The position numbers and the translations under genes are program-made. A stretch of 64,000 bases of DNA from the human T2T-CHM13v2.0 reference genome, Homo sapiens. The stretch is from assembly GCF_009914755.1 (NCBI RefSeq), contig NC_060947.1; one strand, given 5' to 3'. The notes beneath the pieces are model-generated. The model saw nothing but the letters and a program-made list of their open reading frames with translations, was not told the origin of the DNA and did no database searches. Shown piece by piece: positions 51,700-64,000 of this stretch. The first letter of the stretch is position 1; each line of letters starts with the position of its first letter.

Positions 51700-53735
51700 G
51701 AAAATAATTCACAGATCCTTTGAAAGAAGCAGTGCACTGCTGCAAATTCTGTGAAACAGGTGAAAAACTTTGACTTCCCAAAGTGTGAGAGGGGGTAAAC
51801 CTATCTCCAAAACACATCCCCACTGGGGAATTTAAAACTCTAGATCATGCGAGAAGGATTTACCCTTACCTAGAGCTGAAACAGGCTTAGGGAGTTGTGT
51901 GAAATATAAAAGTAGAAGTAGCAGTGGGAAGTGCCTTGCAGATACTCACAGTCTCCAGCTGGAGCCCAGGGAAGCCATCCTTGACTATACCTCACAGAGC
52001 CCCTCAGGAAACAGTCAGCAGAATTGGGGAGGTGTTTCATGGCAAAGGAAGCATCCAACTAAAATTGGTAGTGATTTTGACTGGGAACAATTTTTTTTCA
52101 GTGGAGTCTGGGGAACATTCAAGAGCCGCTGCAGATAAAAGTGCAGGAGTGCAGCAGCTGCCCAGACAAAGTGGGCAGATGAGGAGGAACAAGGTTTGAA
52201 AAAGAAAGCTATGCTTGCGTTCTCAGCAGGGAAGCCCACAGCTTGGGGCAAGGTCTGAATGGGGCACTTGGGGACTCAGACTGGCCTTGTGAACTGCATG
52301 GAAGCTAGGTGAGGCCTCTCTCTATAGCCTATCCACCACTTCCCTGGTGAACTATATGACACAGCAGAGATGACCAAGATCCCCTCTGGAACATAACCCC
52401 ATTGGACTGAAAACCACTGCTAAATCACCCAAGTGGCTGTGGCAAGCCCTGCCTAAAGAGAGTTTGAGCCCAGATCTGCCTAACCTTGCCCCCACCTGAT
52501 GGTATTTCTCTACCTGCCCTCATAGCCAAACACAAGAGACAGAAACTCTTGGGAGCTTTATAGTCCTGCCCACCTCCTTAGAAATCAAAATAATCACCCT
52601 AGCCAACTTAGGGCAAGCTTAGAATCCCCACTACTGCTGCAGCTGGTGCTTTCCAAAAAGCACCACCTCTTTGCTGAAGGACAAAGAACACAGGCCACTA
52701 CAGCAACTCATTACAGAATAACCCTGACCCAGGAAGGAAAATACAATACCTAATTTGACTTCCTGCAACATCCTGGTTAAAGAGTTCCTGAGTGTGCTCA
52801 TGTGACAACTTCACTGCTGGCATAACCAGCATTTGAGAAAGCCAGCACACTTAACATATCTACAATCAAAGACTCACACAGTCTACTTCATTGCCCTGCC
52901 ACCTCTACCAGAGGAAGTGCTGGTATCCATGGTTGGGAGACCTGAAGATGGATCCCATCACAGGACTCTTTGCCGACATTCTCCAGCACTAGCCTGGCGC
53001 CTTGTAGCCCTGCTGGGTAGCTAGACCCAGAAGAGAAATAACAATCACTGCAATCTAGTTCTCTAGAAGTCCCATTCCATATTAAAAAATGCTCAACATC
53101 ACTAATTATCAGGGTGATGCAAATTAAAACCACTATGAGATACCACCTTACTCCTGCAAGAATGGCCATAATAAAAAAAATCAAAAAATAATATATGTTG
53201 GCATGGATGTGTTGAAAACGGTATACTGTTACACTGATAGTGGGAATGTGAACTAGTACAACCACCATGGAACATAGTATGAAGATTCCTTAAAGAACTA
53301 AAAGTAGAACTGTCGTTTGATCTGGCAATCCCAATGCTGTGTATCTACCCAGAGGAAAAGAAGTCATTATATGAAAAAGACACTTGCACATGCATATTTA
53401 TTGTGGCACAACTTAAAATTGCAAAAATATGGAACCAGTCTGAATGCTTATCAACCAAAGAGTAGATAAAGAAAATGTGGTATATATACACCATGGAATA
53501 CTACTCAGCCATCAAAGGGAAAAAAAATAATGGCATTCACAGCAACCTAAGTGGAGTTGGAGACCATTATTCTAAATGAAGTAATTCAGAAATGGAAAAC
53601 CAAATATTGTATGTTCTCACTTATAACTGGAAGCTAAGGTATGAGGATACAAAGGCATAAGAATGATATAATGGACTTTGGGGACTCAAGGGGAAGGGTA
53701 GGAGGCAGGTGAGGGATAAAAGACTACCCATTGGT
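51700..53735 (+). mobile_element. L1PB-like element: 5' UTR joined directly to ORF2 end/3' UTR
   Basis: GC-richer L1PB-type 5' UTR (GCTGGGTAGCTAGACCCAGAAGAGAAATAACAATCACTGCA) jumps near 53078 to AAAAATGCTCAACATCACTAATTATCAGG and a L1PB-type 3' UTR. Confidence 0.82.
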
Positions 53736-54590
53736 ATGTGGTCAAGTGATCTTCAACAAACGTGCCAAGAATACACAATGGGGGAGGGATAGACTCTTCA
53801 ACAAATGGTGTTGTAAAAGCTAGTTATCCACAAGCAAAAAAAATTAAAAGTAGAATCTTATCTCACAAACAAAAATCAACTCAAAATGTATTAGTGATTT
53901 ATACATAAGACCTGTAACTGTAAAACTCCTAGAAGTCAACCTATGAGGGAATCTTCATGACATTGGGCTTGGGAATGATTTCTTGAATATGACACCAAAA
54001 GCACAGGCAATAAAAACAAAGAAAAAAATGGTACTAAATGGAACTAAAGCTTCTGCACATCCAAGAAAATAACAGAATGCAAAGGCAACCTATGGAATGG
54101 GAGAAAATATCTTTAAACCATGTATCTGATAAGGGATTAATATTAATCCAAAATGTATGAGGAACTTCTATATCTGAACAGAAAAAACCCAAATAACCAG
54201 ATTTTTAAAAAATGATCCAAGTCTTGAATAGGTATTTCTATAAAGAAGATACACAAATTGTCAACAGGTACATAAAAAGATGCTCAACAATACTAATCAT
54301 CAAGGAAATGCAAATCAGATATTACCTCACATTTGTTAGAATGGCTATTATCAAAAACAAAACTAATGTTAAAGTGTTTGTGAAAATGTGAAAACATTGG
54401 AAACGCATACATTGTGGGTAAAAATCCAAAATGCTGGAGCCACTGTGGAAAACAGTATGGAGGTCTCTGAAAAAGTTATGAATAGAATTACCATACAATC
54501 CAGCAATTCCACTATTGGGCATATATTCAGAATAATTGATATCGGCATCTCGAAGAGATACCTATACTCCCATGTTTATTGCAGCATGGA
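53736..54590 (+). mobile_element. L1MA ORF2 C-terminal fragment
   Basis: GGTCAAGTGATCTTCAACAAACGTGCCAAGAATACACAATGGGG...GAATTACCATACAATCCAGCAATTCCAC. Confidence 0.88.
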
Positions 54591-55500
54591 TTTAATAGGT
54601 GGGTCTTAGCCTATTTTGTGGGCTACTGTTCAAAGCACAGTTTAAGAGCCCTTGTGGTGGTGCCACTGGAATTCTCAATGGCTCCCTCTGGTGCTGCCTA
54701 ATGGCGCTAAGGGAGCTTCTCCAAGCTACGCTTTTGAATGTCTCTTGGTGGGGGATGGTTTTGATATGGGATTTCCCTAATGCTTTCTCCAACTATCTCT
54801 GCGTATGGGAGGAGGGTCTCAGCATGCAGGGACAAAGAGGCTTTCTGCCTTGGGCCAGTTGCTGTACCTGTGTCACTAGCCCATCAACTATGATGTCTCT
54901 ATGCCGGAGATGATAATCTTGAGCCTGTGGGTAAACATGCTTGCTATGACTGTATCCCATTTTCTAGTTCTTCTCACCCTCGTTTCTATGTAGGATGGAA
55001 ATATAGCCTTGGGTTTTTGGGGAAGAAGAGGTTTCTCATTTTTCAGCGCTGTCTCTTTTTCTATCTAGTAACTCTAGATAGAAATCACTGCTTTAGTGAT
55101 TCTGGGCATGTGGATTGGGAAAGTCTCAGGCCTGGAAGAGACAGGATGCTTTCCTGCCAAGAATCTCAATCAAATTGTCTGGCCCAAGATGCCAGGATCC
55201 CTTTATGTCATAGGGTCTTCTATTCATTCCCGAGGAGGAAAAAAATGACCAGGGTGCCTTTTGCTGTTAGATTTGGAGTCAGGAAATCCTGGGCCTGGAA
55301 GGCCTTCCATTGTTTGGTGGGATGACCAAGACATCCTGCTTCTTTGTTGTTCCTCCATTTCTGGAGTCCCTTACCAGTTTTCCTTCTTCTTACCACCTTT
55401 CAGAATTTTTTTTTTTTTGGTTGCATCTTGGATTATTTCCAGGGTATAAAGTTGTGTTTAGTAAATAAGAGAAGGGAGAAATAACTCTATGCCATCTTGT
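54590..55500 (-). mobile_element. Old L1M 5' UTR
   Basis: Ends TATGCCATCTTG (reverse complement CAAGATGGCATA), typical of an L1M 5' terminus. Confidence 0.5.
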
Positions 55501-55675
55501 AAGATCTATGATTAGTTAGCTTTTTTAAAAAAAATGTTATAATGATGACTTTGTAAATATTTTTCTGCACCTCTAGCAAGTTTTGCTTTGTGTATTTAAA
55601 GATGGTTTCATTATGTGCATACAAGTTCAGAATTATGAAATTTTCTTGATGAATTGGTCATTTCGTTATTCTAAA

Positions 55676-56253
55676 TTTATTAGGTTTTTTTTATTGCTGA
55701 CATAAAACAAATCACCATAAACAACAACCATTCATTATTTCACATTTCTCTAAGTCAGAAGTTCAGGAGGCTCAGCTGAGATCAAGATGATGTAGGACTG
55801 TGTTCCTTAATGGTGATTCTCAGGAAAAGTCTACTTTCAAGCTTATTAAGGTTGTGGACTAAATTCTTATAGTTATATGACTGAGATCCCTTATTCCTTG
55901 CTGTCAGCCATGGAGGTTTTCTCAGCATCTAGAGGCCACCTATATTCTCTAAACCATGACCCTCTTCATCTTCAAATTACTGACAGCAGTTTGAGTCCTT
56001 CTCATGCTTCAAATTTTTTTGAACTCTCTTTATGCATCCTCTTTTGACACATCTCTATTTTGCTTACAACCTAAGAAGATGCTCCACTTTTAAAGACTAA
56101 TGTGATTAGATTAAGAGGAACTAAATAATCCAGGATAACATTACTACATTAAACATATTTTTAATGTAATTTTGACCTTATAATTTAAAAAGTTCTTAGG
56201 TTCCAGTAATTTGGATGTGGAGATCTTTGGGGTCCATTATTCTGTATACTATA
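55676..56253 (-). mobile_element. MLT1 (D/E-like) solo LTR
   Basis: TATTGCTGACATAAAACAAATCACCA...AAGTCAGAAGTTC...CTAGAGGCCACC...GATCTTTGGGGTCCATTATTCTG. Confidence 0.82.
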
Positions 56254-56254
56254 T

Positions 56255-57570
56255 GAGATGACACTCTCTCTTATTAATAATGATTTTTCTTAGTAATTTT
56301 ATTTTATATGATATCAATGTAGTCACCTTCACTTTCTTTTCATACTTTATATTGCATCAATAATTTTGCACATCTGCATTTTTGTATATAGCATATAGGT
56401 ATATTTTTAATTTAAATTTGATTATTTCTGTCTTATAGGTGAAATATTTAGCTCATTCACTTTTATCAGAAATATGGCATTTTTAGATATTCGCACATAT
56501 TAATTTTTGCTTTCTATTTTAAAATTTTCTATATCTCTTTCTTTATTCTTCTTTTACTCAAGTTATTTTGGGTTTTATTTATATTTTTTTTTGGCTCTGT
56601 TGGCTTGGGAGCTATATACCTTACTTCTATTTTTTTAGTAGTTACCCCCTTCCAGGACCTTTCACCTCACAGATATAACAAGGTCTGAAGATAATGCCTT
56701 AATGTCTTTTCTATACAATAGAAAGACTTTTAACTCACTTAACCTAAATTCAGCCTCTCATCACTTACATTCTATTTTGTCTAATGTCTAAGATTTGTGC
56801 TTTATTAAAACCTTCCTTAGAATTTTTAAAATATACTTCTTTTTCATTGATTCATGTTAAACCATATTTTTATTATTTTACACTGATAATTTATTTGTTA
56901 AGATTCCCCTGTTAAGTCTATAAATTTCTTTGCTTAATATTTTTTTCCTTTGTCACAAATATTCATTTTGGGTTAATTTTTCCTCTTCTTGCAATATTAA
57001 AATAATTTTAGAGTATGTTAGTTGGTAATAAAATTGGCTGTTGTTTGAAAATTTATTTAGTTCTCATTATTGAGTAATAATTTTTGAGAACACAATTTTG
57101 TTTTTACATTTATTTTCTCTTACACTTTTTATATACTGTCTTCTGGTTGTCCTTATTATTATTGAGATGTTTGTTTTAAGTATAATTATAATTTTTAAGC
57201 CCATATTAATTTTTAACTACTTAAAAAAAACCTTTGCCTTAATGTTTTGCAATTATATTACAATGTCTCTAGATATATCATAATTTCCTTTACCATTTTA
57301 GTATTCATTTTATTTCCTGGTTCTTTATATTTAATCAGAGTTACAGAAGTCTTAGGAAATTTCTTGACAAATATTATAATTCATTAACTCTGTTTATTGC
57401 TTTCTTCTGTGACTTCAATTATACCAACAGTACTCCTTTTCATTTGTTCACATTTATTAAACCTTTATATTTTCCATCTACTTGCCTCTCAATATTCCAT
57501 TCTGGGCAATTTCTTCAGGTCTATCATTTAGTTCTAAATTTTCTTTTCAACTATGACTAAACTGTAGCTT
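56255..57570 (-). mobile_element. Old L1ME inter-ORF/ORF1 fragments
   Basis: T-rich antisense L1-like patches (TTTTAGTAGTTACCC; CATTCTGGGCAATTTCTTCAGGTCTATC). Confidence 0.55.
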
Positions 57571-59604
57571 AATCCATCCTGTGAGTTGTTTTCGTTTTTT
57601 TTTTTTTTATTTTTTGACTTTTTATATCATCTATTTTTTGCCCTAATGCTTAATTCAGAGCATAGCACATAGCTATTCCCAATATGTTCTCATTAAAGGT
57701 ATTTATATTTGATTTTTAAAAGTAAGTAACAATAAAACTATGACAGAGGAGCAGCTTTTTCCTTTGAAAATTGTGGTTTAAATGCAGTAAGGGTTATTAA
57801 CAATTCTACATGAATGACTTCCTATTTCACTGAAGTGTTTTATAAGGTTTTTAAAACAGTACTTCATAGCATCCCGCTCTTCAAAACATCTGTGGCTCTT
57901 TTTGGTTCCTATTAAGTGATAAATAAAAACATAATTTTGGTTCACGTAAGGACCTGAAACAAGAAAGTTGGTTAAGCTATTCATACTTGTTGCTTTGAAA
58001 TTGGGCTCATAGAATTTAATTTTATTATGTCTATAATTTGCACTGGTATTTTGTCAATTACCTTTTTTCTTAACTTACAAGGTACTTTTTTTAAAAAAAG
58101 AAAACCATATACAAAGCTTAGATTATATAATATAATGAACTGGTCATTTTTCTTCTCATCTCTCTATTCAAATCATAGATTTCAAAGAGTTTAAATTATT
58201 AATTAATTTGTGTGTGTGTGTGTGTGTTATGTAGTGGAGAGGGAAACTTGATACATTTAATGCTTTAACATTATATACTGATGCATTCCTAATTCAAAGT
58301 TACATCATGATATGAAGAAACATACACGTGAAGCTATTAAGAAAACATTTTTGTTTGTAAGGATTTTGAAAGTTGGAGGATCAAATAATAAAACTCAGAA
58401 TTTTTCCTGTCCAAAAAAAAAATGTAGAACATGAAACTCACCAAACGAGAGATATCTGAGAAATTGTAGTCAGTCCATGATTTTTCTCCCCTCTCTGAGA
58501 ACTATCACCCTCTATTCAAACAAATCTATAAGCAGAGTCCTTGGTATCATGTTTGTACTGTGTGACATTTGCCTCTAGGCCAAGGCTGATTGTCCCATGT
58601 ATTTTTTTTAATTTTGAGAATTTAATTTTACATTTTTACACATTCAAACTCGGTTACTTTTTAAATATTCCTTTTCATTGTGTCTTTTTGTTCATTCATT
58701 TTTTCTTAGTTGATGTATTTCATGAAGGTTTATTAATTTTTTAATTTGAGTATCCCTATTTCTATAATCTTTGGTGTCTATAAATCTCTTGCTTGTTGTT
58801 TCTCTTAACTCTAATTGATGGTGATTTGTTTTCTGGTTTTGTGTGTGTGTGTGTGTAATGTTTGATTAATATTACTTAATCATTGGGAAAGTCAGTGCTT
58901 TTCTCCAGAGAACTGGGGTTTAGTTTTTCTGGTCCAGAGCCTGGACTATTCTGGCAACCTTCCAAGTTGCCATTGTTAAATTGCAAATCTCAGAGAAGGA
59001 GAGAAAGAGGAAAAGTACTATTTCACAAAAGACTCTTATTAAATGTTTTTATCATGATTTTTTTCTCCTTTTAGGATTTTGCTTTTTGAGGTTTACCTAT
59101 TATGATGATCTGATCAATAGTAAATATTCATTCAGTTGGTGTAGATAGCTTACATAAAATTCACCAAAGAGTATTCAGGGATTACGTGAAATTCTCAGCA
59201 TAACTGGTTTATTGTTTCAGCTTATTCATGCTACTCTTGCACTTTCACAATACACATTAGAATATCAAATAACTTAATAGATATTCCATTAAAGAAACAT
59301 ATTTGTGTCTATATAACAGCATTTCCAAAATATATGTGAGTATGAAACAAACCTATTTCTAAGATAATATTTATTAATATTTCAAGTTTAATGGAATTTG
59401 CTTTAGGAAATGCCAGCTAAATATTATATTAGCTCTGATGGGTTATTACCCATAGTTGTACCATAACTATTAAGTGATATTTTAAAATTGAGGCAAATGT
59501 CTTTTTCTCACTCAAAATCTTATATATTATACAAAAACAAAACGTGGTTTTGTCAATACCTATTTATTCCAGGTATGAAGAATATCACACATTCTCTTCA
59601 CCTA

Positions 59605-59638
59605 AACACACAGACAGACACACACACACACACACACA
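59605..59638. repeat. (CA)n microsatellite, interrupted
   Basis: Seen directly; shorter TG runs also at 58210-58226 and 58841-58856. Confidence 0.9.
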
Positions 59639-61554
59639 AACTTATCTAAAGAATCTTTGCTTACATAGTAGACATAATTAAGTAAATTTGAATGAGAGAA
59701 CCAACTAATTGTGAGAATACCAATAGATATTCAGGCACTGTCTTGAGTGTCTCTGATGGATTGAGTTTCTCCAAACCTAGATTTGCTGACAGAAAAAAAT
59801 GTTAAAGATCCTAAATGTAAGCTAATCCTGAAAAGGAAAATCTGGCCTGATTACCCAGGCCTATTGGCAGGATCTTTCTGTTTGTAGGGGAAGCTGGTTC
59901 CTGCACAGTGTGCGTTTGAGGCCACAAACTTCATGACAGCCAACCACCCTGTCCTGTGATCATAATTTGGGAAGCTTTGCAGATCGTGGTAGTATAAGTT
60001 ATAAAGTCTGATAATGTTAACAATCAACTCCTTGACCCATTTTTACATCTTGGCTAGTGACTATTTTTCCTTATCAATGTATAAGGCACAATAGACTATA
60101 AATAACATACTTTTCAAAACAACACCATTTTTTCAGTTACAGAAACAATGACAACTGGTCTTAAAATACTTAGACTCTCTTAATTTATTTCTTATGATTT
60201 GGGGAGGCAGGACTTGACAAAATTGAAATCTGTATGTGTTAGATAATTTGGGCAATTTTGAAGTAATAAAGTTTCAAAAACAAGTTATTTGGCTCTCTAC
60301 TATTATGTGTGAATGGTGATTAATTAGAGGAAAAAAATTTAAAATTACTTCAAAAAGAAGAGTTTGTGAATATCCATTGATTTTCTCCCAGTTGGTCGAT
60401 TCCCCCATGCAAATGGGGGAGGATGGCAGCATTTACACTCTATGCTAATGAAGTAAGTCACTTTTATTACAAAAGTGCTAAAAAGTTAATGTGATCTATA
60501 CTTTGCAGGACTTTTATTTGGGCTTTAGAACTAAAAGTTTACTGCTACTACATAGTTCTTACTGTATGTTTTTCTTACTATTTTTTTATTATACTAACTG
60601 TAATAGACAGTGAATGGAAAACTTAATTTTGGGACTCTGTCATCTGCACACCTATGTTCCCAGAGTTTGAGGAATCAATGCAAGTGGTTTAGATGTGACA
60701 GTTTGGAAAAATATACTTCCCCAGTGCCTATAAAAGTAAGTACCTCCGAGTGAAGGGTTAGTATTAGGAGTGATCAGAGTCATATATGTTAATTAGCTTG
60801 TTAATTATTATCTACTGTCACGTAACTGATGAAAATTTCTATGTGTTTTCCATATATCACTTTATTAGCTTTTGAAATTTATTTTATCTCAATTTTGCCT
60901 GTATAAAATGTGGTGTATGATGTTCTGGGATACATGGGAATGGTGTGGAAATCAGAACAGGATGTGTTCCAGTCCAAACATATCTTTAGAGTTGACTGTG
61001 CCCACAAATGTGTTTCTGAGAGTGATGGTCTGACAAGTGATAGTCTGACAAGACATGACCGTTTTCCAAATTTTTACTTACAAATTAAAACCCGAAAGTA
61101 AATCTATAATGTATGTTTATGAAAAATATTTTGATATCATCTCAGCCATTTAATAAGTCCCTAAAGAGGCTCTCATTTATTCCTGAAGAAGAGTCCTTAA
61201 TATATTGTGAATGCTCATTGATTCTGATAGCAAGTTGACTCCCCATTACTGCAACTGTTTTTATAATGTAGAAAGAGTGCTAAGTGTCAAGCACTTTACC
61301 TTTCCATAGCTAAGGAAATCCTTAAAAATATAATGGGGTTCCAAATCATAGAGTCATTTTAGTACTTTAATAAGACCACGATTTGTTTAATGTGAGCAGA
61401 AAAACATTGTAATCAGAATTATCCTTACCTGTAGGAGGTACAGACTCTGGTGAATTATGAGGGATGCTGGAATGCGTTTCTGACCCAATTGATCTTGCAA
61501 TTAGTACTGACCATGAAGTTTATTTGGTGATTACTTCATTTACTTAAGGCAGTA

Positions 61555-61865
61555 ATTATGGGAAGAAAGGATTGGGTAAATGTTGGTCAAAATATACAAA
61601 ATTTCAGTTGGGGGAAGAAGTTCTAGAGATCTACTGTACAGTATGGTGACTATAGTTAATAACAGTGTATTAACTAGTTAATGTATAATTAATATATAAT
61701 ATATTTTAGGTATTCTCACCACAAAAACTGATAAGTATGTGTGGTAATGCATATGTTAATTATATTTACCTAAACCAACAATATATACATATTTTAAAGC
61801 ATCATGTCATAAACCATAAATATATACAATTCTTTTTTGTCAATTAAAAATAATAATAAAAAACA
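61555..61865 (+). mobile_element. L1MA8/9-like 3' end
   Basis: TGTTGGTCAAAATATACAAAATTTCAGTT...TTCTAGAGATCTACTGTACAGTATGGTGACTATAGTTAATAAC...TTCTCACCACAAAAA...A-rich tail. Confidence 0.88.
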
Positions 61866-62606
61866 AATGTTATCCAGAAGAGTTTTAATACTCAGAACTG
61901 TTTGATAATAACTTATTGTGTGTTAATTTATACATTGCCTTTATTTATCCCCATTCAGTTAGAGTCTGAGTTGTTACAGAGATAATGAGTCAAATGTCTG
62001 GTGCATGGAGCTGTAACAATGTGGAGGAGCATAGGATGAAACTTTGCCACAGGTGGGAAATACTAACATGCAGAAAAGGAGTCCTAAAAATGACTCAATA
62101 TGTGCTAAATAAATGACTTTTAAATGTAGTAAGTGCCACTTCTGTACACAATTATTGGTAAAGAATAATTTTGGAGTCCATTTTTAGATACCTTGTCAGC
62201 TTTCAAAAATATCACCATTTGAACACAGCAAGTGGTTTCTGATTTTTATTTCTTTAATTTGCCAGATTGTTTGTATTCTTGTAATTATAACTAGCCTAAA
62301 TGGATAGCTATTGAGAGTGTAGTGTCTGTGCTGAAGATGTTAATGCATTTATGTTTTCTTTATTGCTCTGGGAAATAGTGGTATTTCATGTTAACATTGT
62401 GAGTTCCTCTGTACCTCTTTAGCACACTATTTATTCCATAAATAACATGACAATAAAAATAAAGTCGAGTGACCACCCGCTTTAAATCTACATTCAAATC
62501 AAATTTCGTCACTAGATTATTGACATAAATAAATACACATAATTGGTTTTCAAAATGTGGCTACCTCCTCATTATTCAGGACTTGATTATACAGGTCATA
62601 AGTTAC

Positions 62607-62942
62607 TGATATGGTTTGACTCTGTGTCCCCACCCAAATCTCATCTTGTAGTTCCCATAATTCCCACATGTTGTTGGAGGAACCCGGTGGAAGGTGACTG
62701 AATTATGGGGGCGGGTCTTTCCTGCACTGTTCTCGTGATAGTGAATGGGTCTCACGAGATTTGGTGGTGTTAAAAACGGGAGTTTCTCTGCACAAGCTCT
62801 CTCTTTGCCTGCCACCAACCACATAAGATATGACTTGCCTCCCCAGCCACATGGAACTGTGAGTACAATTAAACCTCTTTCTTTTGTAAGTTGCCCAATC
62901 TCGGTTATGTCTTTGTCAGCAGTGTGAAAACAGACTAACACA
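62607..62942 (+). mobile_element. THE1 (B/C-like) MaLR solo LTR with a small internal deletion
   Basis: TGATATGGTTTGACTCTGTGTCCCCACCCAAATCTC...CAGACTAACACA; 5-bp TSD GTTAC at 62602 and 62943. Confidence 0.95.
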
Positions 62943-64000
62943 GTTACTTAAGCTTGTTTCCTGCTTGTCAGCATCACCACTAGAGTCAGGATTCAGGAAG
63001 AGAGAAGAGGAAAAAAGCATGACAACCATGTTTGCATCCAATAATCAGTTATTCTACTGATGTTATGGGGAGGAAATTGTAGTATCTTGCTAAGATAAAG
63101 ATTGTGGGTTATTAGTAGATTTAATTAGTCCATACTAAAGGCTGTTGTAATTAGAACTGAGAACACAAAGTTGAAATCACGTACATTTATAAACATGTAT
63201 TATATCTGTATATTAGTCTATGCTATATATAAATACGAAGAAATAACTCTTCACAATGGCTATAATAAAAAGTGTAGTTACTTCCTCTTCGTGATTTTTC
63301 TTTTTACACTTAAGTTACAAGGTCGTTTTATTAAAAATCCAAATGTGAAACTCCTGTCCTTCTATGGGTAATGAAAATAAAAGTTTCATGAAATAATATT
63401 TACCCTTAATATATGTGATATACTTTTATATTGCTATCCTAGTCTATGCATATTTGATGTTTTTTAATAGTGGTTGAGCCCTACTGAATTGATAAAATGA
63501 CTTGTTAATAGATTTTTAAATCACAAGTTGAAAGAAACTGTTTAGTTAACTTGACAAGCTATCTTGATGTTGCATATCACTAGGTAACTGTAAACAGTGT
63601 AGATTGTATTTACTGCCCCTGGAAAAAAATGCCTGGATTTTATCATTACTTCCTAAAACCAGATTAACTAATTTTTATTTTAATCGTATGTTATTATTTA
63701 ATAATTAAATACATTAGGTATCACATTATGTTATTACCCAAGCCACCAATTTGTAGAAAGGAATATTAAATTTGTTTTTTAAATTCAAAATCTCTTTTGT
63801 TAATTTTTTGCCATTTAAATCTTTCTATGAAGGTGAACTCTGGTGATATAATTTAAATTAAAGATAATATTAAGGCCTTTCTCAGGTTTTATAGAGCAGT
63901 TGAAGTTAGTTTCCAGGTATTTATGGAAAATGCTACTAATGAGGGAATTAAAAAACATCAAGGGTGGAGGGAGGGGCAGAAAGCAATCTAATCAAACTAT

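Noticed and set aside
54599-55449. ORFs of 104 and 132 aa
   Set aside because: They lie in a probable old L1 5' UTR, show no recognisable domain and appear to use non-ATG starts.
59055-59080. Strong acceptor-like TTTTTTTCTCCTTTTAG|G
   Set aside because: No convincing donor at exon distance; such tracts are common in T-rich DNA.

Overview
This is AT-rich primate genomic DNA (human or ape-like, judged from its Alu, LTR12/ERV9, THE1 and L1PA/PB content), made mostly of decayed interspersed repeats: many L1 fragments, 8 near-full-length and 2 fragmentary Alus, solo LTRs (LTR12, MLT2 x3, MST, THE1, MLT1, LTR33-like, MER4-group ERV1), DNA-transposon relics (MER2, MER20, MER47-like), L2/MIR and microsatellites. 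I see no credible protein-coding gene, RNA gene or CRISPR array. The listed ORFs are L1 or Alu remnants, repeat artefacts or short random frames. It looks like a gene desert or a large intron, and I cannot identify the locus. Repeat subfamily names come from my memory of consensus sequences and need RepeatMasker/Dfam confirmation. I found no convincing undescribed biological system. The most notable signals are: (1) a recent template-switch scar that left a perfect 59-bp palindrome in an old L1 (11623-11931); (2) an L1 with an internal inversion and captured filler (862-3056); (3) a ~890-bp AT-rich VNTR with head-to-head domains (13620-14510); (4) an intact LTR12 promoter with an orphan copy of its enhancer unit nearby; (5) two exon-like segments in unique DNA, one carrying an octamer-centred hairpin.
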